A stretch of DNA of 38,091 nt from Macrostomum lignano (Eukaryota): the NCBI GenBank assembly GCA_002269645.1, contig NIVC01003674.1, positions 1 to 38,091 on the forward strand, read 5' to 3'. The position numbers and the translations under genes are program-made. Below, in pieces: positions 1 through 11,054 of the stretch (position 1 is the first letter of the stretch; the number at the start of each line of letters is the position of its first letter). The notes under the pieces are model-generated. The model did not search any database, was not told the DNA's origin, and saw only the letters and a list, made by a program, of their open reading frames with translations.

Positions 1-70
1 CTTGGGAACTCCAATCAAACTCACAATGGAATTTCCGCAGTGAACGACCCTGGGGAACTCCATATCTCAC

Positions 71-430
71 CTTATCAACGCCGTGTTTTTAAACAGCGCC
101 TGCAGCACTTTGAAATTGCTGATAAACTCGTGCTCCAATTTGGTATTAAATTTCACCTTTTTAAAGGGCAGAGTACCTGAATAATGATGAATTTGATGAT
201 GTTAGAATAAGTAAAAACAAAAACACTGCATTATTTAATAAATGAATAATGTAAAACGTACCCGGAAACAGCATGTCCATAAATTGGCAATAGACAGCCC
301 CAGAGGCTAGTTCTTCAATTTTGCCTAAATTGGCCTGCAAACAGGTATTAATCCAATCCAGGATGTCATGCCTACTCAAATTATCAGTTGTTTGCGATGT
401 CGAGTGAACGTTGACAGCTTGCTGGGCCAT
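71..430 (-). CDS. MAPRE1: EB1/RP family microtubule plus-end binding protein, first two coding exons (430-262, 176-71); gene continues off the window
   Basis: Exon 1 reads [57 protein letters not shown], closely matching the EB1 CH-domain N-terminus. Donor gtacgt at 261, acceptor ttcag at 177-181, exon 2 reads [29 protein letters not shown], donor gtgaga at 70. The conserved GVDK is one base out of frame (A5 run at 86-90). The symbol denotes the family, not a specific paralogue. Confidence 0.95.
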
Positions 431-1382
431 ACTTATTAATGAAGTTATGCTCTGCTGCTTCTGCTAGCTGAAAATAACAATTTATGCAGTTTGTGCATAC
501 TGTGGCAGTGAAACCTACAGCAGATACCACAGATACTGGAATAACTAGATGGGCTACTCAAGCACATTTGCGTGTAAGCTACTTTCAGTTCAGTAGTAGG
601 TTAGACAGATGCATTTTATGCCATGGCTCATTTATTGGCTCTTACCCACCTCCCAGCTTAAACCCTCAAACTGTGCCTTTCCCACTAACCCCCCTGCTGC
701 CCTGCCCAATTTTTATTGCCAGAGGTCTGGCCAATGTACATTACTGCTGAACCAATTAGCCAGTTGTTTATGCCTGCAAGCTTGGGGGCTTCTAAACTTA
801 TTAAAGTCATTTCAGCTGCCTTTATTTTATTATAAAATAGCTTATAAAAATTGAGCTTGCCTTTATGATTGTTAAAATTAGAGGTGCTAACAACAAACAG
901 TTTTTAATATTTTCATCATATTAATATTTAGATTAAAAAAACATAGTTGCAACTTTTAGGCAGTCTTTAAAATGAAATTTTTAATAGCATAAAATTAAGC
1001 ATAGTGATGAAATGCTATTAAATACTTAATCAGTAGTATATACTATGATCCTAAGTACACAAGAAAAATACAAGAATATAATCAATAAGAACAAGCTAAA
1101 TATAAATGCTAAATCAGGCCTAGCAACAAAAAAATAAACAAAAAACTATATAATAGGCCTATGCTATACTAGGCCTAGTTAATCATCATATTTATTATTT
1201 ATATTGTTATTAATTTCACTTTTTTATAAAAATATCAGGCAGCTTGCACTTGCAGTGCAAGAATTAGAGATCCAAATATCAATGACCTTATCCTTGGTTG
1301 GTATTGGTATTGTATACTGTTATACTAGCTTATATATATCCAGGCTAAAAAGCATAGCCTAGACCCAATGGTATTCTTGTTA

Positions 1383-2297
1383 GGCACTTTTGTTATATGA
1401 CCCCCGTGTAAAAGATACAGTCAAAGAATAGAAACCAGATGAAACATTATCCATGAGTCAAAGGCATTGCATTAAGGCAGTTTCAATTGATTTCTATTTG
1501 AAGTGAGTTCAACCAAAAAGAGTCTCTATATTCACTTTCATTATACAATCATTTAAATGGAGGAAATGTATGCAAAGGCCAAAGGGATCAGATAACAAAA
1601 CTTGGGCTTTTTTCATCAATTTCGTAATATGATCCCCCAAGTCAAAATTTTCTTTGCAAGGGATTGTATATCAAAAATGAAATCAAGGTATCGCACTTGT
1701 AGATGAAGTAAAGATAGTTCATTCATACTAGGCCTATCTAATAATTCCATGCCTGACCCCTTTCCTCACTTTCGTTTTACAATCCCCTTACAGTATGGAC
1801 AATATTGTTTCACACTATAGTGTATTGGGGATCATATAACAAAAGTGAGGGGGGTTTCAAAAAAGAAAAGGGAGGGATACCAAAAAAATCACAACTTATT
1901 TTTGTGGAATCTCATATTAGGTAGCCTAGACAAGGGGTTAAACAAGGTATATGATCCCTTTCAAACAAATTTTTGACTGGGGGATCATATTACAAAATTG
2001 ATGAAAATCCCAAGTTTCATTATCTGATCCTTTTCCATATATTTCTTCCATTTGAATGATTGTATAACGAAAGTGAATATAGATACATCCTTACTCTTGC
2101 TAAGAATCGTGGCTTGCGCTTGACTTAGCTCAGCTGCAGGGGGCATCAGGCAAATGCAACGAGGAGGCAGAGGAGACTGCCCATTCTGCTAGCCTTACGA
2201 TTAAATAGGGTAATTGCACTTCAAATATACTCCACTGATAGGCCTATGCAAATAAGACTCCTATCTTTTACATAGGGGATTGTATAACAAAAGTGCC
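1383..2297. mobile_element. Foldback / MITE-like element with nested inverted repeats
   Basis: 1383-1422 (ggcacttttgttatatgacccccgtgtaaaagatacagtc) is the reverse complement of about 2256-2297; about 1525-1650 is the reverse complement of about 1967-2085. The motif GGGGAT(C/T)(A/G)TATAACAAAAGTG recurs in both orientations. No TSD or ORF found. Confidence 0.6.
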
Positions 2298-3439
2298 ATG
2301 TTCTATAGAACAATTTCTATAGTTTACAATTCTATAAAATACAATTACCCCTTACAATTGCCCCTTACAATTTCTATAGAACTATAGAACCATAGAACCA
2401 TATGTTCTATATTGTAAGGGGATCATAAAATGACGAAAGAATGCCAACCCAACTATGTTGGCCTAGGCCTAGTCATGGTTAATTATAACTAGGCCTGGTA
2501 TATTTTTTGGGAAATTAGGCCCTATTCTCCTACTAGGCCTTACCTAACCTACTCTAGAATAAAAACCAAAGTTTGCTTTATAGGCCTATGCTAGAGTGTA
2601 TTGCTAGGCTAATATAAAACAAAACCATGTAATTTGCATTATTTGTTGTTAAAAATCAATTGACAATTAGGCTCCATGCAAGCCATAGGCCTAGTCTATG
2701 ACTCAGGTCTACAAAATTTATCTAGGTTTTCCTATGCTAGAAATTTATGCAGCACAAATGTGATATATTAACATCTCTGATTAAAAAAAACTAAATATTG
2801 AAACAACTAAGCTTATCGAATTAAAAATTTATAACTTAACCTAGCCTTACTTACTATAAAAATTTAATGTCTTCAGTTTTTATGTCATAACTGTCATAGG
2901 CCTAACATAACATGTCATAACCATAACCGAGTTAAGTTGGAAATTGGAATGGATCGTCCGCAATAGATCGTCGTTAAGTCGTCGATGACGCAGCTCGAAG
3001 AAGCGGACAAACTTTCAAATATCGATAAAAGGGTGGCCAACAGTGTATTAAAACTTTTATAGGCTTTTTTCCAACAAAAAATGAAGTGTTAAGTTTCAAG
3101 ATCAGTCTGATCGCATAGTAAAAAGTTCAAAGTTTTGTTTTAGTGTGTTTAAACCCGGAACCTGCTGCTTAATTTGTACATTTGTTTAAAGACTAAAAAA
3201 TGTTTGATAGGGGGCAAGCTATACCAAGCACTACAACCCAAAAGTGGAAAGAAAATAGACCTGGCATAGTTGCAGGCCAAAAAAGTATGGCCCAATTTTT
3301 TTGGCCGCGGCTGAGGGGGAAGGGCATATGGCTCTCCAATTGCCCCCCCCCCTGGATCCGCGCCCCTGAATTTTTGCTGGGTGTGCACAGATTAGAAATG
3401 GTTAGAGAAAATTAAACAGTCATAATTAGGGTTATTCAA

Positions 3440-3760
3440 TGCAATTAAGTTGCATCTGCTCAAACCATGCACTTGCAGGTCTGGGCTGTAGAAGTAGATC
3501 GAGAATGGTCGTCGCGAGCGGGATCGAGCTCTTGAAGCGCTCGATCCTCCTCTCCGGCCAGGAGTTCCCCACCAAACCTAGCGAGCATTGTACATGTACT
3601 TTCCGGGGCGTTGTGATGATGGAGAATGATGCCCCGAGCTCGAGTCCTTTTTTGCGACGCCTGCTGCAGGAGAGAGCGCACAGCAATTTCTGGCAGGATT
3701 AATATGTATCGCCATGCGCGCTGCTGCTCTCTCGCCGAAGATTCGATGGTGGGATCCACC
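3440..3760 (-). mobile_element. Degenerate mariner (Tc1/mariner) transposase fragment
   Basis: Minus strand gives RTRARGIILHHHNAP (mariner consensus ILHHDNA) and, in another frame at 3490-3476, YSPDL, the mariner signature motif. Frameshifted, with catalytic Asp positions altered. Confidence 0.7.
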
Positions 3761-5625
3761 AGCTGGAGAGACTAGGCTGCAACTACTTTAATTTTGTTGT
3801 TCTCTGAGTTAACTGAAGATCTAGTAAATATAAAGCTCATTACCGCTGACAATTCCCAGGCTGAGTTTGACTTGGCCACCATTGAATTTGCTGCGGGTAC
3901 CACATGTCCACGAGCCTCCTGATCCAGCTCCGGAGTCAACTGATGGGACACTCATTGCGAGCAGAAATCAATTGCTCAGGTTTAGCCTTGAGTACAGGGG
4001 TCACAGTCGCATCGCAACCTCTGTTTCTATTGGGCCACAGTGACTTCAGGCATTTTTCTTACAAAACCGCGCTATTTCATTCAACAGCGCATTTTGATGC
4101 AGACGTAAAAGCAACCCTCAGGCAGCAGTGGTGCAGTACACCATACCTAACATTTTGGGGTCTACTCTCTTTAGTAAAAGTTCATGGTTGCCAGCACACA
4201 CTAGTACGTCGCATGATACTTGCACCAGTAATAATCATGCGTTACACCGCATTCCGACACCCAGACGCGTCAGAATTAGGAGCGGCAGCACCAAGGGGCC
4301 GACCATATTATGCAGCTGCACCTGATCTACACTTGACGTAATTGCTGTAGGTACAATAAATGCAGGGTGCACAAGGTCACATGCACATGCAAACTGATAT
4401 GCGCATACATTTTGCGAGCAAAATTAATGCAACAGACTGCTATACATTCATTATATCATGTCATGTAAATATCATGTGCATGTAAAACTAAAAGTACATG
4501 TCCTGTTTTGACGCCTAAATATATCCGTCGTCTACCGGAAGAAGAAAAATTACTTGTAATTTTTACATCTAAACTGTACTATATGTCTATACAGTATATC
4601 TAATCACAACTAAGGACCACTAGAAGTTACCCTTGTATCAAGACGTAGCGTGCTTAGATGCACGCATTGCGGAATTATTTATAGCCGCTTGTTTCAATTG
4701 CAGCTGAAGTTCAATGGTACAACGGGTACCTCAAAAGGTATCATCTAGGTACTAACGAGTAGCAAAAGCTCGAAACATGCCCCTCAAATGGAATGGCGCC
4801 TAAAGCCCGCACCCCAAGAAATCAATTTCAAGCTGTGCAAGAATAGTCGAAGAAAACTGCACCGGAAAGTCAAGGCACCTGCAGGCAAACCTGTCCTGAC
4901 CTCTACGGTTGAGTAGTTTGTTTTAAAATATTCAAGCAATTTAATGTATGAGATGGTTTACGGCAAACATCAGAAAATCTCTGAGAAACTATAGACCATA
5001 TTTGCTTGAGATTTGACAATATTTGCATTTGGCGAACAATCAAGAAGCCTAAAATGATGACGGCTTGAGCTGGATTTAAGAGTTGCAGTAGGGCGCCAAC
5101 GGCAGTACTTTAAACTGCTGACTCTCCCATTCGACCTGCAGTTACCGCAGGTTTCCTGAGTTTTTCCATAGTCAGAGAAAATAAGACCGAACTCTGCTAT
5201 AACAGTATACGTCACCGCTACTCTCTATCTTCTCTGCGTCTTCTCTTCTTTCCACTTAAAAAACAGGCCTCAGTGCTCACTCCGTTTAGCTTGTCCTTTT
5301 CTTTAGCATTGGCAGATTAGAACTGATGAAGAGAGAAATTTTCTCACGTGACCATCATAGCTCTACTTTTTCAGCCTACAGCCTAGAGCTGAGCTGATGG
5401 TGCAGCGGAAAAGATTGGATAGAGAATAAAACGCAGGAGAAGCTTTCATGACGACAGACGCGGTCAGCTGCACAGCTTTAATTGCCAATCGAAAAGAGCT
5501 CACACTCCGACAACTAGTACAATTGAGGGCCAAAAAAAACTTTACAGTAACCATAGTCTACTCGTAAAACATTGACAGACAAAGCTAGACAAGTTTCCTA
5601 ATCAGGTCTAATAAGATCAAACGCA

Positions 5626-8600
5626 ATGTCGTCGCCAGTGGAGTCAGCGAAGCGCGATCTGGCTCGTGCACTTCGCTCAGAGGAGCCTCATCGAGTCAAA
5701 GCGATACTTCGGTCGCCAGTTGCCGACCTGGCTTGGCTAGACAAGCCGCTAGACAGGTAACTGCGGTTAAATGTACATACTACGCACAATCTGTAGAAAA
5801 CGTTGGGAGCACTGAATATACTGTACCAATACGTCCAGTATTTATAAGCTGCAGTACGCACCTCTAACTTTCAGTTCGTTGCAGCTTGATAGGGGCTGCA
5901 GCATTTTCTGGCAGCAGCTTGAAAACCTGCAGGGTTAAGACCATAGACTATAGCTTCTACTGCTCTAAAGCATAATCTGACTGATGTGGTTGCTATGCTA
6001 TAATGTCTGTGGCACCAAGGGGCACCAAGGGGCTTTAGCACCAAGGGGCTTTAGCACCAAGGGGCTTTAGCACCAAGGGGCTTTAGCACCAAGGGGCTTT
6101 AGCACCAAGGGGCTTTAGCACCAAGGGGCTTTAGCACCAAGGGGCTTTAGCACCAAGGGGCTTTAGCACCAAGGGGCTTTAGCACCAAGGGGCTTTAGCA
6201 CCAAGGGGCTTTAGCACCAAGGGGCTTTAGCACCAAGGGGCTTTAGCACCAAGGGGCTTTAGCACCAAGGGGCTTTAGCACCAAGGGCTTTAGCACCAAG
6301 GGGCTTTAGCACCAAGGGGCTTTAGCACCAAGGGGCTTTAGCACCAAGGGGCTTTAGCACCAAGGGGCTTTAGCACCAAGGGGCTTTAGCACCAAGGGGC
6401 TTTAGCACCAAGGGGCTTTAGCACCAAGGGGCTTTAGCACCAAGGGGCTTTAGCACCAAGGGGCTTTAGCACCAAGGGGCTTTAGCACCAAGGGGCTTTA
6501 GCACCAAGGGGCTTTAGCACCAAGGGGCTTTAGCACCAAGGGGCTTTAGCACCAAGGGGCTTTAGCACCAAGGGGCTTTAGCACCTAGGGGCTTTAGCAC
6601 CTAGGGGCTTTATCACCAATGGGCTTTAGCACCAAGGGGCTTTAGCACCTAGGGGCGCCAGCCGCTTTATTTAGTTTAATCCCTTCTTACTAAAATAGCT
6701 TGGTTCTCTTAGTTCGGAATGTACGACTAAACGGATGCATATTGCAATTTAACGTGTTCGTTCACAACAGAGACGGCAGCTGCGCTCTGCACATCGGCTC
6801 CTATTGCGGCCAGGAGGTTGGCGTTCACGCCTTGCTAGAATTCGGCTGCGACCCGAACGTCACCAATCAGAACGGAGAGACTCCGCTGCACGTGGCAGCC
6901 GAGCAGCGGTTCGAGCACATGATCGACCTGCTGGTCGATGCCGAGGCAATCCGGCTTGATGCGGCTCGAAAGCTGGACAGGCGGACTGCGCTGCACATTG
7001 CCGCCAGTCACGGCTGTTGCGACGGCGTGCGAAGACTTCTGGAAGCCGGAGCTGGCATCGATGTTCGGGATCGGGACGGCAACACACCGGTGTTCCTGGC
7101 TGTCCAGAACAACAAGTGAGGATTTAGTTTACCTGATGGGTAGCCACGCTTTGTACTTCAGTAGAAGGACGCACCAAAACAAGAGACATCTTGACAATAA
7201 TTTCCCGCAGACACCGCGTAGTTCACGAGCTGGTTTCTCGGGCGCTAATTTGAAGCTGAAGAACAACGGCTTGCAGACTTGTTTGGCATTTGCCATGAAG
7301 CAGAGCCAAGATAAAGCCATGATCAAACTGCTTGTTGAGCGCAAGTCCAACATGGCTCCTCAGCCTGGCACTAGCAGGCAGGCAGCCGCTCGAGCTACCC
7401 GAATTGACAATGCTGCACAGAAGCAACAGTCGATGGCAGGTAGAGATCTGCCTAATCAGGGTAGATTTTTTATGACCGAGTCGCATAGTAACAAACCTGA
7501 CCGGCCGAATCTCACACCCAGCAGACAGCTATGGCAGCAACACCCTCAGGTATGGCAGTTTCTAACCGATTGTATAAATCTGTTCTGTAGTAGGTTTCGA
7601 TGAGCTTAATTTATTCACTAGCTAAAGGGGGTTGTGGTAGCCCTGTGGTTTGAGCGTCGCCTGCGTCGGAGTCCCGACTTGAAAGGTTGGGGGTTCGATT
7701 CTCGACCCACTCGGAACAGTTTGTGTCCTTGAGCAAGACACTTAACTCTGCATTGCTTCAGTTTACCCAGCTGTAAAATGGGTGCCAGCATTAGCTGGGG
7801 TAATTGAGGGTGTGTGTGGCGACCCCCCCACCCCCAGTCCTTGGACTGAACGCTCAATATCTGGGGCTGAGCTGTCGGTTGCACATCTGCCCATTATTAA
7901 TATTATTATGACTATCAAATCTCATAGCCGCAGACTCGACATCAACAATCGGTCATTCCGGAAGAGCCAACAAAGCATCCTCAAGCAGCCCAGCACCCTC
8001 AGTACCACCAGCAGAAGCAGCAACAGCAGCAACAACAGCAGCACAGGCTTAGCAACGCAAATTACTCGCGCCAACGCGACACGAAAAGCGCCGGTGTTCA
8101 AGCAACCCCGGCCGAATCAGACAAAGAAGATGATGACGAAGAGGATGCATACAGCATGGACAGCAAAATCCGCGGCTTGTGCATCATCGTGAACAATCAG
8201 GATTACTTCAACTCCGACGATTTCAAAGAACGCGCCGGAACAGATCTGGACGAGAGGTGCTTGGAGCGACTATTTAAATCGTTGCGCTTTCACGTCAAGA
8301 TATTCAAGAATCTGGACGCCAAGGATATCTACTGGAACCTCAGCAACTATGCCAAGAGCGATCACAGCGGGTATGACTGTTACGTCTGCTGCATCCTGTC
8401 TCACGGCACTCTCGGCGGGATCTACGGAGTTGATGGACGAGTGCAGAAACTGTCCGACCTCACCGTGATGCTCAGCAGCACCAATTGTCCGTCGTTGGCC
8501 GGCAAGCCAAAACTGTTCTTTATCCAAGTGAGTTTCACAGCTGTACTGGTCTCGGCAATCCTCTACTTTCGCACGTTTAATTATTTTTCGAAAATAATGA

Positions 8601-9439
8601 CTTGCCCTTAATTACCGCGAGTAAATATTTGAACTCGCGCGAGTGTACGACGTGGTAGTGTATCGATTTTATGTCTATGTATACTAGTTTGAGGCGGCTA
8701 TTGGCTATGTCTATGGCCAAAACCTGAAATTGCTCTCTGTTCAAGTTTTGGCCTTAGACAATCGCTCCCTGTTTCTTGAGCAACAATGGGCCCATGCTAA
8801 GGCCCGGTTCAGGGCTATGCATGGCACATCTAAGGCCCTGTTCGACACCCACCTAGATGAGTTTCTGTGGCGCCGTTGCCACCCGCGCAACACCTTCGGC
8901 AAAATACTTTTCTGGGTGGTGCACTACTACGATGTTTAGTGCAACCGAACGTGGTAGCAAACTCGCTCATACCTGAGATGAGTCTCAAAGTCTTGAAGTT
9001 GACCGCCTGAACTTCGAAACCCATGCATCTTTAGGCTTGTCGAGGCCGCTGTCTCCAGCGAGGCGCGCACCATTTCACCGGCGGTCGGCAAGCCAGCGAT
9101 CGCGACCCGGCCATGATCCCGATGGCCAACCACGAGACGGACGCGCTGTCAGCCGACCCAGACCAAGAGTACATCCTGCCTGATCACGGCGACTTCTTGA
9201 TTGGCTACGCCACGGTGGCTCAGCACATCGCCCAGCGGCACCGGGAGCAGGGCTCCGTGTACGTGCAGACCCTCTGCGACGTTATCGAACGCGGCAGGCA
9301 CAAGGAGGACCTGCTCAGTCTGCTCACCAAAGTCAAATACCGCGTGTCGAAGCACGTGTTCCACAATGAAGACGGCAGTGTGTTCGTTCAGATGCCCGAA
9401 GTAAAGGAAACTCTGCGCAAGAAGATCTACTTTAAGTAG
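5626..9439 (+). CDS. Ankyrin-repeat prodomain caspase, about 606 aa; exons 5626-5756, 6771-7115, 7211-7549, 7928-8527, 9035-9439
   Basis: All introns are GT-AG and phase-compatible once one G is restored at 7240-7242. There are 5-6 ankyrin repeats (GETPLHVAA, RRTALHIAA, GNTPVFLAV), a Q-rich linker, a p20 region (YSMDSKIRGLCIIVNN, ERAGTDLD, CILSHG, KPKLFFIQ|ACRG) and a p10 region (GDFLIGYAT, GSVYVQTLC, QMPEVKETLRKKIYF). Confidence 0.9.
6012..6656. repeat. 16-bp minisatellite (GCACCAAGGGGCTTTA)n, about 40 copies, in caspase intron 1
   Basis: Near-perfect tandem array read directly; variants only near the 3' end and one 15-bp unit. Confidence 0.97.
7627..7908 (+). mobile_element. tRNA-derived SINE with CORE-like central domain, copy 1 (caspase intron 3)
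   Basis: Pol III A-box-like TGGTTTGAGCG (7646) and B-box GGTTCGATTC (7692). Central gtgtccttgagcaagacacttaac...cagttt...ctgtaaaatggg resembles the MIR/CORE domain. ATT-rich tail. Second copy at 16243-16551. Confidence 0.8.
8730..8939 (+). mobile_element. Merlin/ISXO2-like (IS1595 family) transposase C-terminal fragment in caspase intron 4
   Basis: Translation LEQQWAHAKARFRAMHGTSKALFDTHLDEFLWRR...FGKILFWVVHYY fits the Merlin C-terminal pattern (E..W...K......G.......L.EF.WR). No TIR or TSD found. Confidence 0.6.
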
Positions 9440-9989
9440 CAACTAAAGCACTTCATTTAAAATCTGCTCAACAATTAATAGTCTAGTATACCTTTCAAAA
9501 TTTCCCAATAATAGCATAGCAAAAGCCTAAACAATTCTTGACAATGAAAGCTATCCTAGAAACAAAAATTGCCCCGTTAAACTTCTGCAACATTTACGGA
9601 CCCTTTTGAGGGTGATATCCATGTACAATACAAGCTACTTACAATCAGCTATGTGGAGCAATAATGAGTAGAAATCGCTATTACATAACGGCTATATGTA
9701 CATGTATTATATGCATGTATAGACAAAGCTAGCTAAACTGTCTCAGTTCATGTACTTTTAAAGGACTTATCTAATTCGGTAATGTCAGACTATAAGGGTG
9801 TAAAATAAAAACGCACTTCTATCCCAATTTTTATATATTATTCTTCGACTTTTTAGAGGTTCTCAATAAAAATCCTATGTCTCGGTTGCAGAGAGCATCC
9901 ATAAGTATTTATTAAAGTAGAATATTGTTTCATCTGGCTGCTATGCCGTTGCGTCATTACCAATTTGCTCAGTTTCAGTCACATGTATA

Positions 9990-10541
9990 CAACAACAACA
10001 ACAACAACAAGGTACTGCTCCCGCCGGCCACGCAGTAGCCAGAAAGGGGGGAGCAGTCAGAAAGCGCGTCTCTGGGCCATTGCCCTCAGGAAGTCGCATC
10101 CCCCTGCTTGGTCCGGGCGCCAGCGTCACTCAGAAGTCGGTCAGGGTATCGCACCGTTCGCCCTTGGCCTCGCCTCCGCGGTCCCTGCAGCTTGAGCAGC
10201 AGCACGTCGTGTAGCGGCTCAGGACAGCGGGCCTCCGACCGGATGACGTGGCCAGCCAGTCGAAGTCGCCGCCGCGCAGCAGGTCAGAAGGCCGCGTCAG
10301 GCGCGCCCTAGTGTAGAGCGCGGCGTTGGTCTCGCTGCCTGGGCCGCTGCGCACTCCGAAAGCCGCACGCAGCATTGCCGCATGCGCAGCGTCCAGCTGC
10401 CTCTCCAAGGCGTCCGTCAGGGTCCAAGTCTCGGCGTTGTACAACAGGACAGTCTCGACGACTGCCTGAAACAGCCGAGCCTTGAGACCGTCGTCCAGGG
10501 CCTCAGATTGGAGCACGGAGCGCACAGGTCGAAATGCGGCC
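9990..10541 (-). mobile_element. 5'-truncated RTE-type non-LTR retrotransposon with (GTT)n tail and 14-bp TSD
   Basis: Minus translation KARLFQAVVETVLLYNAETWTL...LDAAHAAMLRAAFG, then frameshifted RLRLAGHV, is typical of the post-RT C-terminus of RTE-clade LINEs. Tail (AAC)n on + at 9990-10010. Identical CAGTCACATGTATA at 9976-9989 and 10542-10555. Confidence 0.88.
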
Positions 10542-10608
10542 CAGTCACATGTATATAAATTTCTTATCATAGCTATTAATATTTATAGAATAGTACATAC
10601 ATTTCTGG

Positions 10609-10805
10609 CCCCATCAGTGACATCTGCGTCAATGAGCCTGACAGTCTTCCTGACCCCATCAGTGACATCTGCATCAATGAGCCTGACAGTCTTCCTGACC
10701 CCATCAGTGACATCTGCGTCAATGAGCCTACAGTCTTCCTGACCCCATCAGTGACATCTGCGTCAATGAGCCTGACAGTCTTCCTGACCCCATCAGTGAC
10801 ATCTG
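10609..10805. repeat. 45-bp tandem repeat, about 4.4 copies
   Basis: Unit ccccatcagtgacatctgcgtcaatgagcctgacagtcttcctga read directly. Confidence 0.95.
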
Positions 10806-10980
10806 AGCAAAAGTCAATTTCGGTTTAATTGTCAAATACTATCGCAGAGCTGCATTTCTGCACAAATTTCAATGTACATCTTAGCCACATAACACAGACA
10901 CTCCCTCTACGAAACAAAGGCTTATCACATAGGCATAAGCTTTAACACAGAAGCCCCCTTTTCATTAGCTAGATGATCTC

Positions 10981-10982
10981 TC

Positions 10983-11054
<72 letters not shown>

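Noticed and set aside
3342-3368. Isolated hAT-like terminus (CAGGGGCGCGGATCCAGGGGGGG on the minus strand)
   Set aside because: No partner terminus or TSD found.
3904-4341. 145-aa plus-strand ORF and nearby short ORFs up to 5554
   Set aside because: No recognisable domain or supporting signals; likely chance or decayed transposon sequence.
7627-7710. tRNA gene (also 16243-16310)
   Set aside because: A and B boxes are present but there is no convincing cloverleaf, and the sequence continues into a shared SINE body.
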